30,968 nucleotides of DNA from a virus. Lineage: Duplodnaviria; Heunggongvirae; Uroviricota; Caudoviricetes. The DNA is taken from the IMG/VR virus record IMGVR_UViG_3300047483_000428; one strand, written 5' to 3'. A program made the translations under genes and the position numbers. Below the pieces are notes generated by a model, which was not told where the DNA came from, ran no database searches, and was given only the letters and a program-made list of their open reading frames with translations. Positions 16,816 to 23,786 of this stretch are shown one piece after another (position 1 is the first letter of the stretch; each line of letters opens with the position of its first letter).

Positions 16816-17038
16816 TTTCTACCCACTTTCCAGTAAGAATACCAAACGGACCAGCATACCAATAAGTAAACAGAACACTTTCGCTTTCGCTAAGTTCTGT
16901 TATCTTGCTGAAATACGGCTGGTCCAGATTGTTGTGTCGCCAAGGAGTTTGTGACGACCAATCATCTGACCAAAAAAACTTGGTGATACGTTTCTTTGAT
17001 TTCAGTTGAAACAGTTCGGTTGCCATCATTTCCCCCAA
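16802..17038 (-). CDS. Hypothetical protein
   Basis: About 75-78 aa; start uncertain. Confidence 0.5.
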   Translation of the reverse strand: MGEMMATELFQLKSKKRITKFFWSDDWSSQTPWRHNNLDQPYFSKITELSESESVLFTYWYAGPFGILTGKWVENDSK

Positions 17039-17394
17039 TGTTCAATGAAGTTGTTCATGTATTCATAGATGTTTTCCGCCCCAACAGGGTTCTTGGAATG
17101 AACCATAAACGAAAAGTTTTCTGGAAGTTCTTCAATCCCATCCATCACCATTTCACTGATGCGTTGTGCGATTTCATAACCAGTCCGTTCATTTTCACCA
17201 AGGTCATGGTCAAAACTGATCATCACTGGCATACCAAAAGTGAGAATGATATCCTCAACTTCATACCAGTTGCGGGCAATAACCCAATCATGAACTTTAT
17301 ACATATATTGTTCTGTGAGCGATTTCGCCCAAGTCACATCACTTGGAACTCTCTCATCGTCAATGAACAGATTATAACCCATATTATTCTCCAT
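17026..17394 (-). CDS. Stand-alone receiver-like protein (cyclic-phosphate-processing receiver family)
   Basis: LFIDDER, ISFDHDLG, TGYE, VHSKNPVGAENI motifs. Confidence 0.75.
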   Translation of the reverse strand: MENNMGYNLFIDDERVPSDVTWAKSLTEQYMYKVHDWVIARNWYEVEDIILTFGMPVMISFDHDLGENERTGYEIAQRISEMVMDGIEELPENFSFMVHSKNPVGAENIYEYMNNFIEHWGK

Positions 17395-17641
17395 ATCTCA
17401 GTATGAAAGCAGCATAGTCTGATTCGCTTTGAAAGTCAAGCCAAAATCGTTTCTCTTTTTCATTGAACGTGCATCCGTGTGGTTCAAGTTCTTTATTCAA
17501 AAACTCTATGGAAAAACCATCGTCTCTCGTGTATCCAGTTTCTGGATTGGAAGAATACGTATCTTCCAGATAGTTCATAAAGTTCATCCAATAGACGGGA
17601 CACACGTATAACGTATTTCCAAGGTCAACTCTAATGGTCAT
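17384..17641 (-). CDS. Hypothetical protein
   Basis: 85 aa ending DFQSESDYAAFILRYG. Confidence 0.65.
   Translation of the reverse strand: MTIRVDLGNTLYVCPVYWMNFMNYLEDTYSSNPETGYTRDDGFSIEFLNKELEPHGCTFNEKEKRFWLDFQSESDYAAFILRYGE
17411..17439 (-). promoter_or_regulatory. GANTC-box promoter embedded in a coding sequence
   Basis: TTGACT-7-CGAATCA-3-TATGCT; box at 17420-17426; -10 is 17 nt above the receiver-like gene ATG. Confidence 0.65.
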
Positions 17642-17993
17642 TTGTGTTCACCGAAACAATATGCCACTCGCCCCATTCATCATTCAATGTTTTTTCTTTA
17701 TATCGGCAATATGTGGCGTTCACTGTCAGTTCCACATCATCAACATACGCATTTTTCACTTCAATTCTACATTCACTAAACCGAATCTCATGCGCCAGCG
17801 GAATACCAAGAATAAGATACAAAGAAACAATCCATAATGCCATAACCACTAACAAGTTAGTTGTTCGTTGCAATGCGTAAACGAATACCAGAACGCTAAT
17901 ACCACACAGTGCAATAAAAAACCACAATGCTGGCTCACTTACATGAGACGTTCCGAAAATGAGTTCGCCAAGATAGGTAAGAAAATCAATCAT
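17631..17993 (-). CDS. Membrane protein
   Basis: Two or three hydrophobic segments in the N-terminal half. Confidence 0.7.
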   Translation of the reverse strand: MIDFLTYLGELIFGTSHVSEPALWFFIALCGISVLVFVYALQRTTNLLVVMALWIVSLYLILGIPLAHEIRFSECRIEVKNAYVDDVELTVNATYCRYKEKTLNDEWGEWHIVSVNTNDH

Positions 17994-18127
17994 TTTGGTC
18001 CATAAATAGTTGAAAAAGTTTCAGCCGCCCAATGTTTGGCAAACAACTTGTCCCAATACACAAAGTCTTTGCTTTGGACATTATCTTTTGCCCAAGGATT
18101 AGTGACTGCAATACTAAATCGAATCAT
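17990..18127 (-). CDS. 45-aa hypothetical protein (below track cutoff)
   Basis: MIRFSIAVTNPWAKDNVQSKDFVYWDKLFAKHWAAETFSTIYGPK; ATGA overlaps at both ends. Confidence 0.55.
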   Translation of the reverse strand: MIRFSIAVTNPWAKDNVQSKDFVYWDKLFAKHWAAETFSTIYGPK

Positions 18128-18474
18128 GGTTTCTTCCATAGTGTTGGTCCAAAGATGCCCCTATCTTCCACATAGCAATAGCTTGGAACATAGTATTCAA
18201 TGAACCTGTCGCTCACATCTACTTTGAAAATACTTGCCCGATCTTCTGGCTTATCGCCATGATAGATGACTCGGATTGCAATATCTCTATTTGTAAGTCC
18301 GCTTTCCCATGTAGTTTTATCGTCAGACAACATACTCTGTATGTTATGTCCAAACCAAACATCCTTGAAGTTTTGAATACATGGTTTCGGAGTGTTATAT
18401 TCTTTCTGGTATACGGTGCCAGCACCAAAAGCCAATGCTGCGATACCAACGCCAAGGATAAGTTGCTTGATCAT
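18124..18474 (-). CDS. Exported or membrane-anchored hypothetical protein
   Basis: N-terminal hydrophobic segment; ATGA coupling. Confidence 0.7.
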   Translation of the reverse strand: MIKQLILGVGIAALAFGAGTVYQKEYNTPKPCIQNFKDVWFGHNIQSMLSDDKTTWESGLTNRDIAIRVIYHGDKPEDRASIFKVDVSDRFIEYYVPSYCYVEDRGIFGPTLWKKP

Positions 18475-18710
18475 TCTTTATACTTCTCGTCAGTTGGCAG
18501 CATTTCAGTTTCGCAAGATACTGAAAACTGGTTGGTTTCAAACACTTTCAAATCAAATAGTTTTGATTCTCGTTCTGGGTCAGCATATGCAGCTTGAATA
18601 TCAGCCATTATAACTTGGCTAAGACGCTCACATTCACCTTGTGTTTGGCCTTCGTATCCCATAGAGAATACGACTGCACCAGCATACCATAGAGTTACCC
18701 AGAATGTCAT
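18471..18710 (-). CDS. Hypothetical protein with N-terminal hydrophobic segment and two Cys
   Basis: 79 aa, AAGGA RBS. Confidence 0.65.
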   Translation of the reverse strand: MTFWVTLWYAGAVVFSMGYEGQTQGECERLSQVIMADIQAAYADPERESKLFDLKVFETNQFSVSCETEMLPTDEKYKE

Positions 18711-18711
18711 G

Positions 18712-18897
18712 TCATTTCCTTTTGAATGGTTTAGGCATTGTTATTTCAATGAGTTCGTCAGTGATTTCCTTGATACGAACCTTTACACTTTCGTCACCGT
18801 TGCCAAGTTTTGACAACAGAACTTGCCGCTCACGATACAAATCACCACGCTTTGACCCAATCCACAGACCAGGTGCGACTTCATATGGATCGTTCAT
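18712..18897 (-). CDS. Hypothetical protein
   Basis: Start MNDPYEV at 18897 coupled to the upstream stop (track start 18942). Confidence 0.6.
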   Translation of the reverse strand: MNDPYEVAPGLWIGSKRGDLYRERQVLLSKLGNGDESVKVRIKEITDELIEITMPKPFKRK

Positions 18898-19055
18898 TCT
18901 AACCCCAACATCAAACGAGCAGCAGGAATACATTGGGACCAAAGTTCGTGTGGCAAGTTTTCGCCATATATATCTTTTTTTAGTCCCATCTTTTGGGCCG
19001 CAATCATACGGGCAAGAGGTTCTACTTTATCTTCAAGCCAGATACGACCAAACAT
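18894..19055 (-). CDS. 53-aa hypothetical protein (below track cutoff)
   Basis: MFGRIWLEDKVEPLARMIAAQKMGLKKDIYGENLPHELWSQCIPAARLMLGLE; coupled on both sides. Confidence 0.6.
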   Translation of the reverse strand: MFGRIWLEDKVEPLARMIAAQKMGLKKDIYGENLPHELWSQCIPAARLMLGLE

Positions 19056-19411
19056 TACTTTTCCACTTCTGGTTTTGAAATGACAGGTTCTACGGCAATC
19101 TTTTCGGAAATGTCCGCTACATATTCTTTTCTGGATTCTTCGTATGCCTTCAGAAAATCAAGGCGAACACCTTCAGAAAGTTCACTTGGAACCAATGACA
19201 CATTGCTACCGTAACATCCGCGACCATAACATGGCTCATCTTTCCACACTGGATATCCATTTTTGAGAATGGTCACTCCATCTGTTGCTACCGTGTAACC
19301 GTGTGCAGCCATATATGGGTTAAGTTCGGCTCCCCATAGTTGTGGATAAGGTTTGTCATCTATACAGGCAGATAGAAGAAGAACAAGTAGCAGTGCTTTT
19401 TTCATATCCAC
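19055..19411 (-). CDS. Lipoprotein
   Basis: MKKALLLVLLLSA-C lipobox. Confidence 0.75.
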   Translation of the reverse strand: MDMKKALLLVLLLSACIDDKPYPQLWGAELNPYMAAHGYTVATDGVTILKNGYPVWKDEPCYGRGCYGSNVSLVPSELSEGVRLDFLKAYEESRKEYVADISEKIAVEPVISKPEVEK

Positions 19412-19605
19412 CCACTCCTGTTGCGTTCTTCATCTGTAAACTGACCACCCATACGGTCAGGGTTCAGTCGCCAGCCCATTTCACTATTGCTTTCTTCCAG
19501 CGCACTGACACGCTTTTGAAGTTGGCGAACTGCCATTTGCAAATGTAATGCATACACCATGAGTTCTTCGTGGCTCATTTTTTCAACATCGGGAGTGTTC
19601 ATCAT
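19402..19605 (-). CDS. Coiled-coil hypothetical protein
   Basis: 67 aa, heptad pattern. Confidence 0.6.
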   Translation of the reverse strand: MMNTPDVEKMSHEELMVYALHLQMAVRQLQKRVSALEESNSEMGWRLNPDRMGGQFTDEERNRSGWI

Positions 19606-19793
19606 ACTTCTCCATCCAGAGTTTTGACGCCGCGCCGTTTCAGTTCACGAAGAATCATAAACTCAGCAGCAGCTTGATCAACCGCAGAATCAATCGCCAT
19701 CAACTGTTTTGATTGAAGAACATCAAGAGTTTCAAAAAGGGAGTCATTGTCAAAACGACGAAGCAGGAAAGAACGGAAGAACAGTTTCAGCAT
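19602..19793 (-). CDS. Hypothetical protein
   Basis: 63 aa, coupled to neighbours. Confidence 0.55.
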   Translation of the reverse strand: MLKLFFRSFLLRRFDNDSLFETLDVLQSKQLMAIDSAVDQAAAEFMILRELKRRGVKTLDGEV

Positions 19794-19999
19794 TCTACAA
19801 TCTCCACAATGTTAGCGTCATGACCAAGAGCATTACCATTCAAGTCCCAGAACAAATCATTATCGGTCCATCCATAGGCGCAGATGACAGAATCAATCCA
19901 ACCATCACAACCAGCAGGAATCAAATGAATAGTCCACTCACTGCCATCGGAAAGACGAACAACTTCTTGGCGGCGGGCGGCATCGGTGAAGTCAGTCAT
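19787..19999 (-). CDS. Hypothetical protein
   Basis: 70 aa, GAGGG RBS after a promoter. Confidence 0.65.
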   Translation of the reverse strand: MTDFTDAARRQEVVRLSDGSEWTIHLIPAGCDGWIDSVICAYGWTDNDLFWDLNGNALGHDANIVEIVEC

Positions 20000-20025
20000 A
20001 TCGTTTCCCTCTTGGCTACAGGATA

Positions 20026-20054
20026 TGTATACAGTGATTCGTCCTGAATGTCAA
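20026..20054 (-). promoter_or_regulatory. GANTC-box promoter
   Basis: TTGACA-7-CGAATCA-3-TATACA; box at 20035-20041. Confidence 0.8.
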
Positions 20055-20061
20055 GACGAAT

Positions 20062-20253
20062 TTACTGTTCTGCCACCACTTCAAAATCATTCATCGTCAT
20101 ATTAGACTTGAAATCACGGTAACGAGAATGACTATTGAACAACACGCCAATCTCAACTGTGTGTTTGTATGGATGCGCCTTATGGCCACTACCCCGACCA
20201 TTCGTGGTAATAGTATAGAGCAATCCATTTTTCTTGTAGCGAAAGAGTGTCAT
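20062..20253 (-). CDS. Hypothetical protein
   Basis: Start MTLFRYKKNG at 20253; the track start 20346 falls in the promoter. Confidence 0.6.
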   Translation of the reverse strand: MTLFRYKKNGLLYTITTNGRGSGHKAHPYKHTVEIGVLFNSHSRYRDFKSNMTMNDFEVVAEQ

Positions 20254-20317
20254 TTTACGACCTTGTATTTGAAGACATACGGACCTTTGTCTATTTGGCT
20301 TCTTTGTTGTTACTCTA

Positions 20318-20346
20318 TTCTTATAGTGATTCGGAGAGAATGTCAA
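20318..20346 (-). promoter_or_regulatory. GANTC-box promoter
   Basis: TTGACA-7-CGAATCA, then TATAAG (15-bp spacer) or TAAGAA (17 bp); box at 20327-20333. Confidence 0.65.
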
Positions 20347-20726
20347 TCCTCTCCGAACTGGTCTTTCAACCTTTCATATAATGTTCTGTCGTTTTCTTCT
20401 TTTTGAATACGCTTGCGTTCTTCATCCCTCAACCGAAACTCGTATTCAACATCGGTTTCATAACGCTCACCATATAGGACATAAGAAGGGCCGCAAGAAC
20501 AATCGTGATAGCAACCGCAATCGCGCCTTTCTTCAAATCCCATCTTTTGGTATCGGTCGCGATGTTCCGTCTGAAGACATACCAGTTCGTTGATAAGATT
20601 TTTCAGGGAACTCGTGGGATAAAGAGTATGATGGTAATACCCATAGTCAAGGTATTCTGTGGTGCTACCATGATACGTCTTTACCGTAGCAGTGGCACCA
20701 ACAGGAACACGAATCATCTTTTTCAT
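20343..20726 (-). CDS. Hypothetical protein, likely paralog of 20726-21118
   Basis: R-x-ETD-x-E and YERLKDQFG C-terminus. Confidence 0.75.
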   Translation of the reverse strand: MKKMIRVPVGATATVKTYHGSTTEYLDYGYYHHTLYPTSSLKNLINELVCLQTEHRDRYQKMGFEERRDCGCYHDCSCGPSYVLYGERYETDVEYEFRLRDEERKRIQKEENDRTLYERLKDQFGED

Positions 20727-21118
20727 TACAGTTCACCAAACTTTTCTTTCAAACGCAGAAACTCAACGTATTCCGCATCTTTTTTCAGTTTCTTTTTTTC
20801 GGCGGCAGCTTTACGTTTGGCGGCAGCATCTTCTTTCCGTTTGGCTTCGGCTTTTTCACGAGCAGCTTTTTCTTTGTCGGTTTCAGTCCGATCAAAGTAA
20901 TACGTGATTTTCAGTTCGTAGTCATCATCGTAATAACCACCACGAACAGTCGTCATATCAAACGTGCCTTCGTCAACCATACCTTTGGCACGGGCTTTAT
21001 CCACCACCAAATCTATGTTGGCTTTGATTTCAGCAGCAGTGCCTTCAAAGTCGTAGCGGCTTACTTCAAACTCGTCACGAACCAACCATTCGCCTTCAAC
21101 ATTACGAGCCATACCCAT
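20726..21118 (-). CDS. Hypothetical protein with Lys/Ala-rich helix
   Basis: RTETDKE...EFLRLKEKFG. Confidence 0.75.
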   Translation of the reverse strand: MGMARNVEGEWLVRDEFEVSRYDFEGTAAEIKANIDLVVDKARAKGMVDEGTFDMTTVRGGYYDDDYELKITYYFDRTETDKEKAAREKAEAKRKEDAAAKRKAAAEKKKLKKDAEYVEFLRLKEKFGEL

Positions 21119-21129
21119 TTGGTTTCCTT

Positions 21130-21492
21130 TCAGAGATTCAGTTCAGCGCGTTCTTCAGCAGTCAACTTTGCTAACGCATTCTTGCGAATTTGACGTTTAC
21201 GTTCACGTTCACGCGCTTCGTTTTCCTTGGATTCCAAAGTCCAGTCCATTTCAGTCAAAGTGGAGTGGCTTTTCTCCGTATATTGGAGAGACAGAACAAA
21301 ACGATTTTCGTGATCATCCCGATCAACCACCAAAAACTCACCATTACGAACTTCAATCTCGTAGTTCATGTTGGTTGCGCGTTCCAGAGTAGTCATCAGA
21401 AAAGTTGGATATTCCGCCTTGGACTGTTCCAACAGTTCTTCTGCTTTTTTAGCGTATCGGGCATTTCTCTCTGCTTTGGTTTCGCGGGCCAT
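21130..21492 (-). CDS. Hypothetical protein
   Basis: 120 aa after a GANTC-box promoter. Confidence 0.75.
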   Translation of the reverse strand: MARETKAERNARYAKKAEELLEQSKAEYPTFLMTTLERATNMNYEIEVRNGEFLVVDRDDHENRFVLSLQYTEKSHSTLTEMDWTLESKENEARERERKRQIRKNALAKLTAEERAELNL

Positions 21493-21519
21493 GATCTTCT
21501 CTCTTTTGCTTACAGGTTA

Positions 21520-21548
21520 TGTATAAGCTGATTCGCAACAGATGTCAA
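21520..21548 (-). promoter_or_regulatory. GANTC-box promoter
   Basis: TTGACA-7-CGAATCA-3-TATACA; box at 21529-21535. Confidence 0.8.
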
Positions 21549-21553
21549 GGAGT

Positions 21554-22138
21554 TTATGCCAAGATTTTGTCAGCCACTTCGTTCATATCGTGCAGGGCAA
21601 GAATACGGTCATCACTTTCGTTTTTGTTGTGACCGTGTTCAACCAAGAAGGTGGTAAGACCAAGGTCAGCGCCAACTAGGGCGTTTTCCCATTTGTCTTC
21701 AACCCAGTATTTTACACCTTCGTATTTCTTGATGTATTCGGCAAGGACTTCATCTTTGTCTGCACCAGTATCAAGGCACACTAGTTCTTTCAGCCATCCT
21801 TTTCCAAACACTTCTTCAAGGTTCCGCTGACGGGCATGTTTTGCTGCGGGGTCAAGACTGAGCGAGGTGATTACCACAAACTGATATCCTGCTTCTACCA
21901 ACCGAGCAATACCAGCACGAGCACCACGAAATGCTTCTAATTCACCCATCCAAGCACTTTCATTGAACTGGCGAACCAACTGTTTCCCCAAATCACGGGG
22001 AATACCGAACTGTTTGTCAATCGCATATTGATTTGCATCAACATGCACATATCCATGTTGGACCATCCACTTTTGGAAGGATTTCTCCCAATCTAGAATC
22101 ACACCGTCACAGTCGGTGAAGATTACTTTTTCTGACAT
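21554..22138 (-). CDS. HAD-family 5'(3')-deoxyribonucleotidase-like protein
   Basis: TDCDGVILDW, VITS, KDE, WVEDKWEN. Confidence 0.8.
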   Translation of the reverse strand: MSEKVIFTDCDGVILDWEKSFQKWMVQHGYVHVDANQYAIDKQFGIPRDLGKQLVRQFNESAWMGELEAFRGARAGIARLVEAGYQFVVITSLSLDPAAKHARQRNLEEVFGKGWLKELVCLDTGADKDEVLAEYIKKYEGVKYWVEDKWENALVGADLGLTTFLVEHGHNKNESDDRILALHDMNEVADKILA

Positions 22139-22163
22139 TCATTTTCCTTTTCTCTTCATTATT

Positions 22164-22192
22164 CTTATACTACCATTCGATCTGAATGTCAA
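22164..22192 (-). promoter_or_regulatory. Promoter with degenerate box (GANTC lost)
   Basis: TTGACA-7-CGAATGG-3-TATAAG. Confidence 0.7.
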
Positions 22193-22199
22193 GAAGTTT

Positions 22200-22376
22200 T
22201 TAGAGATACCCTAAAACCATTCCATCATCTTCGTCAAGAATCTCAACCAGACACTTTCCAGTTCCAGTTGGGTCTTCTTTGATACGATATTCATTCGGCT
22301 CCATCAGCCGACATGTTTCTTCCGCAGCAGCACGATTTTTGAAAACCGTGTGAGGATGATTGAGCAATGCTTTCAT
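22200..22376 (-). CDS. Hypothetical protein
   Basis: Start MKALLNHPH at 22376 with GAGG RBS (track start 22466). Confidence 0.6.
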   Translation of the reverse strand: MKALLNHPHTVFKNRAAAEETCRLMEPNEYRIKEDPTGTGKCLVEILDEDDGMVLGYL

Positions 22377-22377
22377 A

Positions 22378-22623
22378 TCAGACCTCCGACAGAGTGTAGT
22401 AGGTGGAGACAGAAGTTCCAGCAGCAGTCGGAACCAGCATCGGGCGAAGTTCCGAGAACACAGCATGGCCGAAACCTTTGACTGTTTTCCCTTTCATCAG
22501 AAGGCGGGCTTTGAACTGGGTGCGTTTGGTGTAGGGGTCGGTTTCAAGAGCGTAGCGAAACTCACCACCGTTTTTGAGAACTTCAACAGCTTTGATAGCG
22601 CGAGTAGAAAGTGCAGCGGTCAT
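22378..22623 (-). CDS. Hypothetical protein
   Basis: 81 aa after a promoter, GAGGG RBS. Confidence 0.7.
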   Translation of the reverse strand: MTAALSTRAIKAVEVLKNGGEFRYALETDPYTKRTQFKARLLMKGKTVKGFGHAVFSELRPMLVPTAAGTSVSTYYTLSEV

Positions 22624-22648
22624 GTCATTCCCTCTCTGTTACAGTATA

Positions 22649-22677
22649 TGTATAGAGTGATTCGGTGGGATTGTCAA
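22649..22677 (-). promoter_or_regulatory. GANTC-box promoter
   Basis: TTGACA-7-CGAATCA-3-TATACA; box at 22658-22664. Confidence 0.8.
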
Positions 22678-22680
22678 TAC

Positions 22681-22971
22681 TTATTTTTTGTATTTGTTGA
22701 GAAGGGGCGAAAGATTTATGGTAGGTTCTGGATTGGAAACAACGATCTGAGTTCTTTTCTTGATATGAACCTTCCAAGCACCCTCATTGAGTTGTTCGCA
22801 TTTCAAAGCATAAGGGTCAGACGAAACCCAGTGATGAAACTGCATTTGCATCTGACCCATACCCGTAATAACAACGATGTATTTTTTGTCTTTCCAGTAA
22901 CTTTCTTGTGTTACTCTGCGGTATTCTTTCCAAGCATCATGTATTGGAAACCCATGTAGGTCTAATTTCAT
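22681..22971 (-). CDS. Stand-alone Smr (small MutS-related) domain protein
   Basis: KLDLHG at the N-terminus, VVITGMG, terminal GAWKV. Confidence 0.75.
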   Translation of the reverse strand: MKLDLHGFPIHDAWKEYRRVTQESYWKDKKYIVVITGMGQMQMQFHHWVSSDPYALKCEQLNEGAWKVHIKKRTQIVVSNPEPTINLSPLLNKYKK

Positions 22972-22973
22972 AA

Positions 22974-23786
22974 TCAGTCGCCACTGTAATTATCCAAATC
23001 AACTTCGTCTTGATAAAATCCACGGCGATACTCATCAAAGTAAATCACATGAGTTGGATGCGGTCTATCTTCTGTCCATCTAAACAAGTGCGACCGATAT
23101 ATACCAAACTTCACTTCTGGTGTCTTTGCGCCATTCTGCATATCTTTGTATACATCTGGTGGCAGTGTTACGCCAGCATAATCAACTACTTTCTTGCCAT
23201 CAACATAGGTAATCATTCTACCAGATTGCGCGTCACCACTCCAAACAATATTGACTTCAAAGTCATGCCATTGTCCTAGCGTCAAGACATCTTTTCCGAG
23301 AGTATATTGTGTGGTGGTTTCACCTACTTTTCCGAGAATATCAATATTGAAGTTATTTTTATTCAAATGATAATATATCGAAGGAGCAGGACCAGCATGC
23401 CACTGAAAAAATATCTGCTTTGGATACATAGGTTCATAGTCGGCTGGAATATAAACACTGAACGCATACCAAACACTTTTATCTAGTGGTGGGTTCCAAC
23501 GTTCTCTTACTTCTGACCGTTCTCTATCTAACGTGCAATCATTCCAACCCTGTGATGGGTTTTCTGGATATGCAGTATAGCAATCGCCATCACGCAATTC
23601 AAATCGTAGAGCGGTTGCACCCTTTCTCTTTGTGTCGGATACAACATCATATGCGTAATCTTGTGCATCTAGGTCAATAGTCTGAAACCATTTGCCGCGA
23701 TGTTCATCTACTGGAAGTTCGTCAATAGTTCCAGCTTGAACTAAAGTTGCAAACAGTAGAGAAAATACTAGAAGAAGTTTTTTCAT
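22974..23786 (-). CDS. Secreted polysaccharide-lyase-like (beta-jelly-roll) protein
   Basis: Signal peptide MKKLLLVFSLLFATLVQA; ALRFELR, RERSEV, WYAFSVYIP, FFQWH, GQWHDF, KFGIYR. Confidence 0.7.
   Translation of the reverse strand: MKKLLLVFSLLFATLVQAGTIDELPVDEHRGKWFQTIDLDAQDYAYDVVSDTKRKGATALRFELRDGDCYTAYPENPSQGWNDCTLDRERSEVRERWNPPLDKSVWYAFSVYIPADYEPMYPKQIFFQWHAGPAPSIYYHLNKNNFNIDILGKVGETTTQYTLGKDVLTLGQWHDFEVNIVWSGDAQSGRMITYVDGKKVVDYAGVTLPPDVYKDMQNGAKTPEVKFGIYRSHLFRWTEDRPHPTHVIYFDEYRRGFYQDEVDLDNYSGD

Noticed and set aside
3182-20716. Plus-strand CGAATCA (3182, 6710, 14869, 15543, 18120, 20710) as further promoter boxes
   Set aside because: Opposite orientation, inside CDS, and I noticed no correctly spaced -35; best explained as coding sequence.
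7906-22677. Repeated motif as a CRISPR array or attachment sites
   Set aside because: Copies are dispersed at irregular kb-scale distances, each upstream of a gene, and contain -35/-10 elements. No cas or integrase gene is in the window.
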